Positions 14,416 to 22,109 of a stretch of DNA of 24,000 nt are shown piece after piece; the stretch's first letter is position 1, and each line of letters begins with the position of its first letter. The position numbers were made by a program, and so were the translations under genes. The stretch spans positions 1,574,849 to 1,598,848 of the forward strand of contig DP000238.1 in NCBI GenBank assembly GCA_000200715.1. Direction: 5' to 3'. The stretch is from Cenarchaeum symbiosum A. GTDB taxonomy: Archaea > Thermoproteota > Nitrososphaeria > Nitrososphaerales > Nitrosopumilaceae. The notes below the pieces were generated by a model. That model saw nothing but the letters and a program-made list of their open reading frames with translations, made no database searches and was not told where the DNA came from.

Positions 14416-17400
14416 TCATGTGCGGATCAATCCCCTTCCGGCAAGAAACTCCATCGACTGCAAAAACTCGTCGTCTGTGATCATCCCGTCAGCCCACCAG
14501 CGGGCGCTGTCCCTTGTCCAGTCCGGCACGCGCTGCAGCCCCTCCCCCGCGGGCACATCCACCACCCCGGTCCTGGCAAGGTATTCCAGCCCGTCGAGAA
14601 ACTCGCCGTCTGATATGATGCCGCCGGACCACCACCGGGCGCTGTCCCGCACCCACCCGGGTATCCGCGGTGCATCCAGTGTAAACGAGGCGGAGCCCAC
14701 GTGCTCCCCGAGATACTCTACATCGGCAGTGTATTCCCCGGGGGGCGACTCGTGGCCGAGCATTAGCACGGCCCTGTACCTGCCCGAGTCCGTTACGGAG
14801 ATGCCAAACGTGCTGACGGAACCATCAGGCGAGTTTAGAAATATGGAGACAGGCTCGCCCCTTCTCTGCCCCGCAAGCGAGCCCTCTACTGTAACCTCCG
14901 CGGTTCCCCCGTATGCAGGCTGCAGCAGCGTCCGGGGGTCGGCAGCAGGGGGCACCTCGCCGGACCTGGGCTCCGGGGATGCGCCTGCCTGCTGGGATGC
15001 GCCGGCCTGCGGCGGTGCGCCAAGCCCGAATATGTTGGGGTTGCCCGATGAATCCCTTGCGTCGTGATACCTTGCATCAATGTTGCCGCCGGCAGGCGAG
15101 ATCAGCCTGTCCCCGTCCTTGCTGCATATCCATGACGGCATCTTGAAGCTGCCCTCGAATATCCCGGTGCCGGGCCCAGTCTCCACCAGCGAGAAGCCGC
15201 TTGCCGCAAGCCCCCCGTGCTCTACACCATCGACAGTGCAGCGCCTGTACCTTTCGCCGTTGATTATAACCTCCAGCAGGATCCCGCCGTCTGGCGACCC
15301 CACCGTGTCCACATACGGGGACGCGGGATCGTTTACAGTCCCATAGACCTCCAGCGTATCGTGGCTCCTGTTCAGGTCCGGATCCTCGAGTATTATGGTG
15401 ACCGGCCTGCCGAACCCGTAGCTGTTAGAGTCGGTCCTGACGCTGCCCGAGTGCACTTCGGCCTCGCGCGCCTCCGACTGCCCGGTGGATATGCCCGTCC
15501 TGTCAAGATCAGAGTAAGTTATCACCACGTCGTCCATGGCCCTGCCGCCGCCCAGGAACCTGACGTCCTCGTCTATCGTGCGCAGCGAAGATACAAGGCC
15601 TGGGTCGCCCGTGCCGCCGGGCCCCGGCACGACATACTCGAGCGTCCCCGTGAATACGCCCGGCGAGTCCCGCTCCTCTTCAAGCTCAAACCTGTACACT
15701 GCGTTGTTGACATCCCTGCCGTTTTGTTCCCCAAAGGAGAAGAGATCCAGGATGATAGGCAGCGGCCCCTCCAGCCCCGATGGAGCGGCCCCCCCAAAGT
15801 CCACCACCATATAGGCAGTCCCCGACGAATCGGCGGCTGATGCTGCAGCATCCTCATCTATCTGTACAAGGCCGCGCGGGGACCCAAGGCCTTCTGCCAG
15901 CAGTACACCCGACGGGTCCGCGGGATCCCCAAAGGCCAGGTGGACAGAGGCCCTGCCCAGTGCCCTCCCCATCGAGGTAAAATCATAGTTGAGCCAGTTG
16001 CTCCCTTGGTTATCGGATACCAGCAGGGACCGCAGTGCGCCTGAAGAATACCCCGTCTTTATCGAGAGCCCCTCTGTCCCCGCGGGGACGCCGTCTACAA
16101 CAAGCCGCCCCGAGCCGTCTTTCGCCTGTCCGTGCCCTGCCCGCTCGCCGGTGGCCGGCCCCCGGGAGCCAAAGAACGATACATCCGAGGCCCGCTCGAG
16201 TGTAAGCGGGCTGCCGATGTACATTGTTGGTAGGACGGACGATGCGCGGTCGGCCCCGAGGCTGTCCCGCTCCCTGGAGCTGGCGTCCTGGTCCGCGTCT
16301 GTTACTATAACGTCCGCCCTCGTGCCGGGCCGCGGCACGCCATCCCGGTATTCAACAGAAATAGACGCATCGGTCGGGCCCGTGGGCACCGAGGCTGCCT
16401 CGTCGTTGTACCGTATGGATCCCGCGAGGCCCCTGGGCGCGTCGGGGCCCGTCCCTATTACGGATGTTGACGACGAATCATAGCTGACAAAGACGCCCGA
16501 GCTTGGGCGCGTCTCGACCAGTGTGACTATCCCCCCGAACTCGTTAATCCCGTCGGTAACCGAGACATCCGGCTGGTGGCGGTTTGTCTTTAGGACCAGC
16601 ACCCCGCCGGGGTCCACCTCGAGCCGGCCGTTGTCCTCAAAGCCTAACCGCCCGAGGCTCCCCTCAAGGTCGACCAATCCCGGGCCCCCGTTGCCGGCGT
16701 CCGAGCCCCTGTCAGTATAGGCCTGGTAGAACACCCCGCTGGATGCAAACGTCCACGAGTCCTCGTCTGTAGGATCCTGGTTGAGCTGCATGTCGTGCAC
16801 AGTAACAAAGACCTCCGCCCCCGCCGGATACGTGGCCCTGTCAAGCTCGACGGATATTCCCTCCATCTCGCCGTACTCGATATCCTCCTGCTGAACGCCG
16901 CCCGCCCTGTTGTACTTTACCTCCACGTCGCGAAACGAGAAGAGCTGTATAATCGGCCACATATCCGGATCAATTCCTATCTGGCCCGGCGGTGCGCCCG
17001 ACGCCGAGCTCGGGGAGCTGGCCCTTCTGACCACATTGTTGATGACAGGGCCGTCAGCTGATCCCGTGCACTCGCCCAGCGGGCCCTGCCCGTCGGAGGC
17101 GCCCTCCAGGCCCCCCCGGGGGACGGCAACAGCCTCCGTGTCAGAAAAGTCCGCGCCCAGAACGCCTGCTGCAGTATCGGGCCCGCAGAACTCGCCAAAG
17201 TCCAGGCTCTCGCCTGCCGCTCCGATTGCGGCCTGGTCTGCCGCCCTTGCAGCCCCCGCATGCGCAAAGTACGCATACCAGGCTCCGTCAGAAGACTGCA
17301 CCATCCGCAGGTCCCGGCCGTTTACCGTCACGTCAGGCTCCCCCACGGTGCCGCTAGTATCCGATATTTCAGTATCCCGCACGACCACCTCGATTACCAT

Positions 17401-17535
17401 GGATCCTGAGAATATCCCGTCGGCCGACACATGCAGGTTCTCGGCCAGCGCCTCGCCTACCGCGGGCGCGGCAAGCAGCAGCATAACGGCCAGTATCTTG
17501 GCATCCAACAGAACAGTTCCGTCTGCGGCGCTCAA
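14416..17535 (-). CDS. Large secreted surface protein (1039 aa) with repeated acidic beta-domain motifs, one copy of the shared module and two C-terminal Trp-rich repeats
   Basis: Single uninterrupted ORF with an N-terminal hydrophobic signal (..LLDAKILAVMLLLAAPAVGEALA/E). Starts are a TTG at 17535 (weak TCATAATC box at 17561-17568) or a TTG at 17508. The protein is rich in D/S/G/T and has no cytoplasmic-enzyme motifs. Confidence 0.85.
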   Translation of the reverse strand: MSAADGTVLLDAKILAVMLLLAAPAVGEALAENLHVSADGIFSGSMVIEVVVRDTEISDTSGTVGEPDVTVNGRDLRMVQSSDGAWYAYFAHAGAARAADQAAIGAAGESLDFGEFCGPDTAAGVLGADFSDTEAVAVPRGGLEGASDGQGPLGECTGSADGPVINNVVRRASSPSSASGAPPGQIGIDPDMWPIIQLFSFRDVEVKYNRAGGVQQEDIEYGEMEGISVELDRATYPAGAEVFVTVHDMQLNQDPTDEDSWTFASSGVFYQAYTDRGSDAGNGGPGLVDLEGSLGRLGFEDNGRLEVDPGGVLVLKTNRHQPDVSVTDGINEFGGIVTLVETRPSSGVFVSYDSSSTSVIGTGPDAPRGLAGSIRYNDEAASVPTGPTDASISVEYRDGVPRPGTRADVIVTDADQDASSRERDSLGADRASSVLPTMYIGSPLTLERASDVSFFGSRGPATGERAGHGQAKDGSGRLVVDGVPAGTEGLSIKTGYSSGALRSLLVSDNQGSNWLNYDFTSMGRALGRASVHLAFGDPADPSGVLLAEGLGSPRGLVQIDEDAAASAADSSGTAYMVVDFGGAAPSGLEGPLPIILDLFSFGEQNGRDVNNAVYRFELEEERDSPGVFTGTLEYVVPGPGGTGDPGLVSSLRTIDEDVRFLGGGRAMDDVVITYSDLDRTGISTGQSEAREAEVHSGSVRTDSNSYGFGRPVTIILEDPDLNRSHDTLEVYGTVNDPASPYVDTVGSPDGGILLEVIINGERYRRCTVDGVEHGGLAASGFSLVETGPGTGIFEGSFKMPSWICSKDGDRLISPAGGNIDARYHDARDSSGNPNIFGLGAPPQAGASQQAGASPEPRSGEVPPAADPRTLLQPAYGGTAEVTVEGSLAGQRRGEPVSIFLNSPDGSVSTFGISVTDSGRYRAVLMLGHESPPGEYTADVEYLGEHVGSASFTLDAPRIPGWVRDSARWWSGGIISDGEFLDGLEYLARTGVVDVPAGEGLQRVPDWTRDSARWWADGMITDDEFLQSMEFLAGRGLIRT
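14419..14664 (-). repeat. Two tandem 37-aa repeats at the C-terminus of the 1039-aa protein
   Basis: IPGWVRDSARWWSGGIISDGEFLDGLEYLARTGVVDV, then PAGEGLQR, then VPDWTRDSARWWADGMITDDEFLQSMEFLAGRGLIRT. The repeat is also visible in the DNA (CCACCAGCGGGCGCTGTCCC vs CCACCACCGGGCGCTGTCCC). Confidence 0.9.
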
Positions 17536-17557
17536 ATAGTTGTCGCAGGAATTGCAC

Positions 17558-18742
17558 TCAGATTATGATGCTAGTCAGGTACATGACGGCCATCCCCGTG
17601 GCTATGCCCGCCGCCACGGGGGCCCCCGAGAGACCCACCCCGTCCTGGCCGCGGATCCACCGGAGCACCACCACCATCACCTGGAGTATGGCCCCCGCCC
17701 CCACGGATAAAAAGATCACCGCCGAAAACGGCGAGTAGAAAAAGCCCCCTATCCACGCGCCAAGTATCGCAGGGGCGCCCGCCATCAGCCCCAGGGCGGC
17801 AAGCATCGGCACCGTGGCTCCCGCCCTGGACGCGGGCGCAGCTATCGCCATTCCTTCGGTCGTATTATGCAGGGCAAAGCCGACTATCAGAAAGGCCCCC
17901 AGCGCGGCCTGCCCGAGGCCGATTGCCGCCCCTATGGCCAGCCCCTCGCCGAGATTGTGCAATCCTATCCCTACTGCGATCATCAGGCCTACGGCCATCG
18001 GCTTTTGCAGCCCCGACTTGCCTGCAGCAGCAAGCCTGCCCCCTGCATAGTACAGGGCCAAAAACGAGAGCGTAGTCACTGTAGCTATCAGCAATAACCC
18101 GTTAAAGCTCTCCGATAGGTTCTCATCGGCGACCTCGGCCGCCTCCTCTATCGCGTCTATCCCCAGGAACAAGAGCAGGCCCACCGTAATGGATAGAAAG
18201 AACGCATAGTGCCGCCCGCTGATCCTCCGTATGAACGGCAGCCACGCCAGCCCCAGCATGACGGGGACTATCCCCACGTAGGTCCCTATGAGAGCAAGCG
18301 AGCCCAGCAGCTCCAAGCCCGCCTCCGGGGCGGGGGCCGCCGCCTCGACCTCCCTCTCAAAGCGCGTGCCGTCATCTATTGTAAGGCCTATCCGGTACGG
18401 CTCGGCCTCGTTCCACGGAAACGGTATCCTCACCACTGCTGTCTCGAACCTTTCGAGATGCTTGTCCGGCTCTATCGCGGCAGGCTGTATCCTGTCGTTG
18501 ACATCAGCTATCACCACGTCGACGGGCATGGGCCCCGTATTCCTTACTGTCGCGCGTATCTCGCCATCTACAAAGTCGACCTGCTCGATCGTAATCTCCG
18601 GGAGGGGCGTGCCGAGGCCCGCAAGGCCCGAGCCGGGCCCCGCAAGGTAGGCAATTACGACCGCCACCGCGGCAAACGGCACCAGCCCGCTGGCGGCGGT
18701 CCTTGCCCTACGCGCCCTGACGGACTCCATATCCGACGCCAT
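17558..18742 (-). CDS. ZIP-family (ZupT-like) divalent metal permease with N-terminal extracytoplasmic domain
   Basis: Signature motifs GIGLHNLGEGLAIG and GFALHNTTEGMAIA sit in a polytopic hydrophobic C-terminal ~260 aa. The N-terminus has one TM segment followed by a ~120-aa beta-rich domain. The start (ATG at 18742, or at 18730) overlaps the MCO 3' end by 35 or 23 nt. Confidence 0.85.
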   Translation of the reverse strand: MASDMESVRARRARTAASGLVPFAAVAVVIAYLAGPGSGLAGLGTPLPEITIEQVDFVDGEIRATVRNTGPMPVDVVIADVNDRIQPAAIEPDKHLERFETAVVRIPFPWNEAEPYRIGLTIDDGTRFEREVEAAAPAPEAGLELLGSLALIGTYVGIVPVMLGLAWLPFIRRISGRHYAFFLSITVGLLLFLGIDAIEEAAEVADENLSESFNGLLLIATVTTLSFLALYYAGGRLAAAGKSGLQKPMAVGLMIAVGIGLHNLGEGLAIGAAIGLGQAALGAFLIVGFALHNTTEGMAIAAPASRAGATVPMLAALGLMAGAPAILGAWIGGFFYSPFSAVIFLSVGAGAILQVMVVVLRWIRGQDGVGLSGAPVAAGIATGMAVMYLTSIII

Positions 18743-19766
18743 CGTCCGGGTCGGGCCCCTCGGCCAGGAATATCCCCGACCAGCCCTTCTCGGAGAACTC
18801 TACCTTGTGCGCGTGAAAGAGGTACTTGCCGGGAAAATCATAGCTAAACTCCATTATCCCCCTTTCCGTCTGGGATAGCGTTATCATGTCGGTGTAAAAT
18901 GAAGGGACGGTGTCGGTCCCCGTCGGGTAATAGTGGAACAGGTTCCCGTGCAGGTGGAAGTTGTTTATCGGGTCGAACTCCAGCATGTTGACCACGTAGA
19001 GCCGTATCTTTTCGCCGACTGCTATCTGTATCGGGTGGTGCTGGTAGTAAAATGGAATCGTGTTGGCGCCGTAAAGGTTGTTCTCCGTGTCAAAGTCTGT
19101 ATCCAGGCCGTTGAGCACCATCACCATTTCGTCTGCTGGCGGCCTCTCCTCCTTGGGGTCCACTATGTACACGCCGTACAGGCCGTGCACTATGTGCTCC
19201 TCGAGCGGCATGACATGGCAGTGGTACGGGTGCACGCCCACGGGCTCTGCCCTCCATTCGTATGTAAAGCGCCCGCCCCCGGGCCCCACGGGCTCAAAGA
19301 CACCGTCGAACTCGGGCCTGTGTATTCCATGGAAATGCATCGTGTGCTCCTTCTCGCCGTTGTTGATGAAATGAATCCTGACCAGATCGCCCTGGGTGGC
19401 CCGGATGGTGGGCCCGGGCACGGTCCCGTTGAATGTCCAGACGTTGTAGAAGACCCCCGGTGCCACCTCCATCACGCCGTCGTCCTCGGCTATTATCGTA
19501 AACTCGCGCAGTGTCGTCCCGTCTGGCAGCATCGAGGTGCGCCCGTAATTGAACTCCCGCAGAAACTCCATCGGGTCAAACTCTACTGTGCTCTCCGTGT
19601 ACAGCGGGTCAAGGACGTCTCCTGCCGTCCGGACCACCGCCCCCGTGTGTGTAACGAATACCGTCTCTTCTTTCTGGGCGCTCGACATGCCGGGCGCGGC
19701 CAGCAAAAGCCCCCCGGCAAGGCCGATCGCCGTCAACGACAGCAGCATGGCCCGTGATCTATACAA
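18708..19766 (-). CDS. Two-domain multicopper oxidase (cupredoxin x2), secreted
   Basis: Four HxH copper motifs: HFH in EHTMHFHG, HCH in PYHCHVMPLEEHIVHGLYG, HLH in NFHLHG, HAH in YLFHAHK. The T1 Cys is present. Signal peptide (TTG)YRSRAMLLSLTAIGLAGGLLLAAPGMSSA/Q. The TTG start at 19766 is supported by a TATA box 26 nt upstream; the ATG at 19748 is the alternative. Confidence 0.85.
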   Translation of the reverse strand: MYRSRAMLLSLTAIGLAGGLLLAAPGMSSAQKEETVFVTHTGAVVRTAGDVLDPLYTESTVEFDPMEFLREFNYGRTSMLPDGTTLREFTIIAEDDGVMEVAPGVFYNVWTFNGTVPGPTIRATQGDLVRIHFINNGEKEHTMHFHGIHRPEFDGVFEPVGPGGGRFTYEWRAEPVGVHPYHCHVMPLEEHIVHGLYGVYIVDPKEERPPADEMVMVLNGLDTDFDTENNLYGANTIPFYYQHHPIQIAVGEKIRLYVVNMLEFDPINNFHLHGNLFHYYPTGTDTVPSFYTDMITLSQTERGIMEFSYDFPGKYLFHAHKVEFSEKGWSGIFLAEGPDPDDGVGYGVRQGA

Positions 19767-19787
19767 TATGGTACGGCGTGCGGGGCC

Positions 19788-19796
19788 AAATATAAG
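19788..19796 (-). promoter_or_regulatory. TATA box (minus strand CTTATATTT) of the MCO-ZIP(-giant) operon
   Basis: The box centre is 26 nt upstream of the TTG at 19766. Confidence 0.5.
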
Positions 19797-19851
19797 ATTT
19801 AGCCTAGGCTAACTTTTTTGCCCTGTGCTAAATTTCCTGCCACCCGGCAAG

Positions 19852-19859
19852 TTTTAACT
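19852..19859 (+). promoter_or_regulatory. TATA box (TTTTAACT) of the divergent membrane-protein gene
   Basis: The box centre is 27.5 nt upstream of the ATG at 19883. Confidence 0.45.
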
Positions 19860-19882
19860 AGCTGAGAGGGGCCAGCTGCCCC

Positions 19883-20383
19883 ATGCGCAAGGCCGCCCTC
19901 ATGCTGACGGTCGTGGGAGGGATCATGGTAGCCGGGATAGCACTCTCGTTCTTCGGCTCCTCGATAGTCGTGGACAGCCTAGTGCAGGCCACCGCGAACA
20001 TAGGCGGGGGGGACGAGATGGAGGTCAGCGCAAGGCTAGACCCCGGCGTAAGCGGGGAGGGCTTTTACGTCGTCCAGACGATGCAGTTTGAAGAGGGCAT
20101 GGTCCGGGCCTCCGTCAAGGACCCCTCGGGGGCGGAAGTGGCAGGCGGAATGGTCGGATCCGATTCCCACCAGGAGCAGTTCGATCTGAGGGGCGGCGGA
20201 AACTATACCCTGGTAATAGAGAACGGAGGGGGCCAGTCTGATGTGGTGGGCGCCATCGGGCACGTGCCCGGCGAGGCCATTGTGGCAGTCGGGGTGACGG
20301 GATCCTACCTGTTGATAGCGGGCCTCGTGGGAATGGCGGGCCTGGCAGTATACATAGTAAAGAGCAGGAACCGCCCTAGTTGA
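19883..20383 (+). CDS. Hypothetical bitopic/hairpin membrane protein (N- and C-terminal TM helices, ~110-aa external domain)
   Basis: MRKAALMLTVVGGIMVAGIALSFFG (TM1), then a Gly-rich beta-like domain, then AIVAVGVTGSYLLIAGLVGMAGLAVYIV (TM2) and KSRNRPS. It has its own promoter. No family recognised. Confidence 0.65.
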   Translation: MRKAALMLTVVGGIMVAGIALSFFGSSIVVDSLVQATANIGGGDEMEVSARLDPGVSGEGFYVVQTMQFEEGMVRASVKDPSGAEVAGGMVGSDSHQEQFDLRGGGNYTLVIENGGGQSDVVGAIGHVPGEAIVAVGVTGSYLLIAGLVGMAGLAVYIVKSRNRPS

Positions 20384-20678
20384 GGTAGCTGTCCATCTTT
20401 GTCAGGCCGTCTATCGCGGACTGGAAGTTCTTGTCGTCCTCGACTATTCCGGCTATCTTCTCCTTGTCGACAGAATAGGCAACCGGGTCTTTTGTCTCTG
20501 TGACAAAGCCGTGCTGTATCAGAAATTCAAGCCTGTTCTTTATCTCGGCGGGCTCAAGATCAAGCTCCTTTGAGAGATGGGCCTCGTCCCGGGGCCCGTC
20601 CTCGAGCTCCGCCAGTATCGGCGCCACATCAGGGTCGAATAGCTGCTCGAATGCCTTTTCAGTATCTGCCGGATCCAT
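20376..20678 (-). CDS. Small, strongly acidic winged-helix (wHTH) protein
   Basis: ILAELEDGPRDEAHLSKELDLEPAEIKNRLEFLIQHGFVTETKDPVAYSV fits a helix-turn-helix plus wing pattern. I count ~25 Asp/Glu against ~10 Lys/Arg. The start lies 3 nt after the vWA stop (TAA-AAC-ATG). Confidence 0.65.
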   Translation of the reverse strand: MDPADTEKAFEQLFDPDVAPILAELEDGPRDEAHLSKELDLEPAEIKNRLEFLIQHGFVTETKDPVAYSVDKEKIAGIVEDDKNFQSAIDGLTKMDSYLN

Positions 20679-20681
20679 GTT

Positions 20682-22109
20682 TTACCACGAATGCCTTTTG
20701 GTAAATACCTTTCTCAGGCCGGATACATAATCTGCCACGAGCACCCTGTCCATGTCGCCGCGCCTTACGTGGTATGACCGCCCGCCCATCTGCCTTTCAA
20801 GTCTTGCCACGTATTCGAGCAGCTCGTCTTCGTCGCTGACCACTATAGAATCAACGGCAACGCCCTCCCTTGAGCACGCGGCCGCCTCTGCCGCTGTGCG
20901 CCGCTCTATTATCTGGTCGATCTTTTTGTACCTGTAGCACAGGTAGACCAGCCTGTCGGGGTCCGCGTCGAGACGCAGGTTCCTCTCTTCTTTGATCCTC
21001 CCTATTACCTCCCGCTGGGGCGAGTAGAATGTAGAGTACGGCTTGACTGATATTATCTCCGCCTTCTGGGCTTCGTCTCCGACAAAACATGCGCTCGGCT
21101 GGCCGTCGGTTATCAGGACTATCCTCCTGTTCTGGGCCCCGCTCCTCCGGAGGAGGCGGCGTGCGAGCCCCAGCGCGGCCTGGTAGTTTGTATAATGTAA
21201 AAGGCCGTCGTTTGCGTCGTATGTGCGGAGAAACGGTATGTCCCGCGGGTCGACCTCTGATGCCAGCGACGCAAAGCCGACGACAAATACAGGGTCGTCG
21301 GGAAAGAACCTGCTGTTCAACATGTACAATACCCACAGGGCCCTCTTTGCGGCCTCGATCCTGCTCGTGCCGTCCTGCAGCTTTGTCTTCATTGTCGAGC
21401 TGAGGTCTATACAGTATGCGACAGCAGTCCTGACGTCATCAAGGGACTCGAATTCCTCGAGGTCCTGACGCTCCAGTTCCAGGGGAAAGCCCACGGGCCC
21501 CTCCCGGGAGAGCCGCAATACCGCGTTGAGCACGGTCTGCGGGACGCACAGGTTCCCCGCGTCCCCGCCGGGCTCGATCATGCGGGTGCCATCGGAGAGT
21601 ATCGAGCCCTCGCCGGGGCGCACAGTCCCGTGCAGGCCCCCCTCCCCGGCGCCCAGCCTTGACATCACGTCGCGGAGCATGCGGTCGCCTATCTCAAGAA
21701 ACGCCTTGCGCGTAAGCCAGTTCTTTGAATCGCGCAGGTATCCAGCCTCCCGGAGCATCTCCGTATAGGCTGCACCGCCGGCTGACTCCCCGGCATCCGG
21801 CCCGGACTCTGCATCGTCGGCGGCATCCGCGCCCGGCTCTTCTGTGCCCTGTTTTCCGTCGGCGGCATCCTGTCCGCCAGACTGGCCGTCCTGTTGAACG
21901 TCCGCGCCCGCGGGGGCCCCGAGTTTTCCTCGCATTATGGATTCAAGGTCCTCCACGGGGACCGACCTCTCCTTGAGTGCCTGCGCGCCAAGCACGCCGA
22001 GCGCCTCCTGGAGATCGTCGGCAGCACGCCCGCCCCGGCCGGGGCCCTCCCCGCCGCTGCTCGCTGAATAGACCGAGCGCCTGGTGTCACGCGGGCGAGT
22101 ATCCGGCAT
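20682..22109 (-). CDS. von Willebrand factor type A (vWA) domain protein with acidic low-complexity N-terminal linker
   Basis: MIDAS-type motif AYCIDLSSTMKT. vWA core FVVGFASLASEV ... RRIVLITDGQPSA. The N-terminal Gly/Asp/Ala/Gln-rich tract resembles ChlD/CobT-type linkers. The start overlaps the ATPase gene by 23 nt. Confidence 0.85.
   Translation of the reverse strand: MPDTRPRDTRRSVYSASSGGEGPGRGGRAADDLQEALGVLGAQALKERSVPVEDLESIMRGKLGAPAGADVQQDGQSGGQDAADGKQGTEEPGADAADDAESGPDAGESAGGAAYTEMLREAGYLRDSKNWLTRKAFLEIGDRMLRDVMSRLGAGEGGLHGTVRPGEGSILSDGTRMIEPGGDAGNLCVPQTVLNAVLRLSREGPVGFPLELERQDLEEFESLDDVRTAVAYCIDLSSTMKTKLQDGTSRIEAAKRALWVLYMLNSRFFPDDPVFVVGFASLASEVDPRDIPFLRTYDANDGLLHYTNYQAALGLARRLLRRSGAQNRRIVLITDGQPSACFVGDEAQKAEIISVKPYSTFYSPQREVIGRIKEERNLRLDADPDRLVYLCYRYKKIDQIIERRTAAEAAACSREGVAVDSIVVSDEDELLEYVARLERQMGGRSYHVRRGDMDRVLVADYVSGLRKVFTKRHSW

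Noticed and set aside
18708-19766. Calling the cupredoxin protein a copper nitrite reductase (NirK)
   Set aside because: The H-x4-H and T1 loop spacing resemble NirK. However, HCH plus HxH motifs in both domains (four HxH in total) indicate a trinuclear cluster, which is the two-domain multicopper oxidase signature. I therefore did not assign the nirK symbol.
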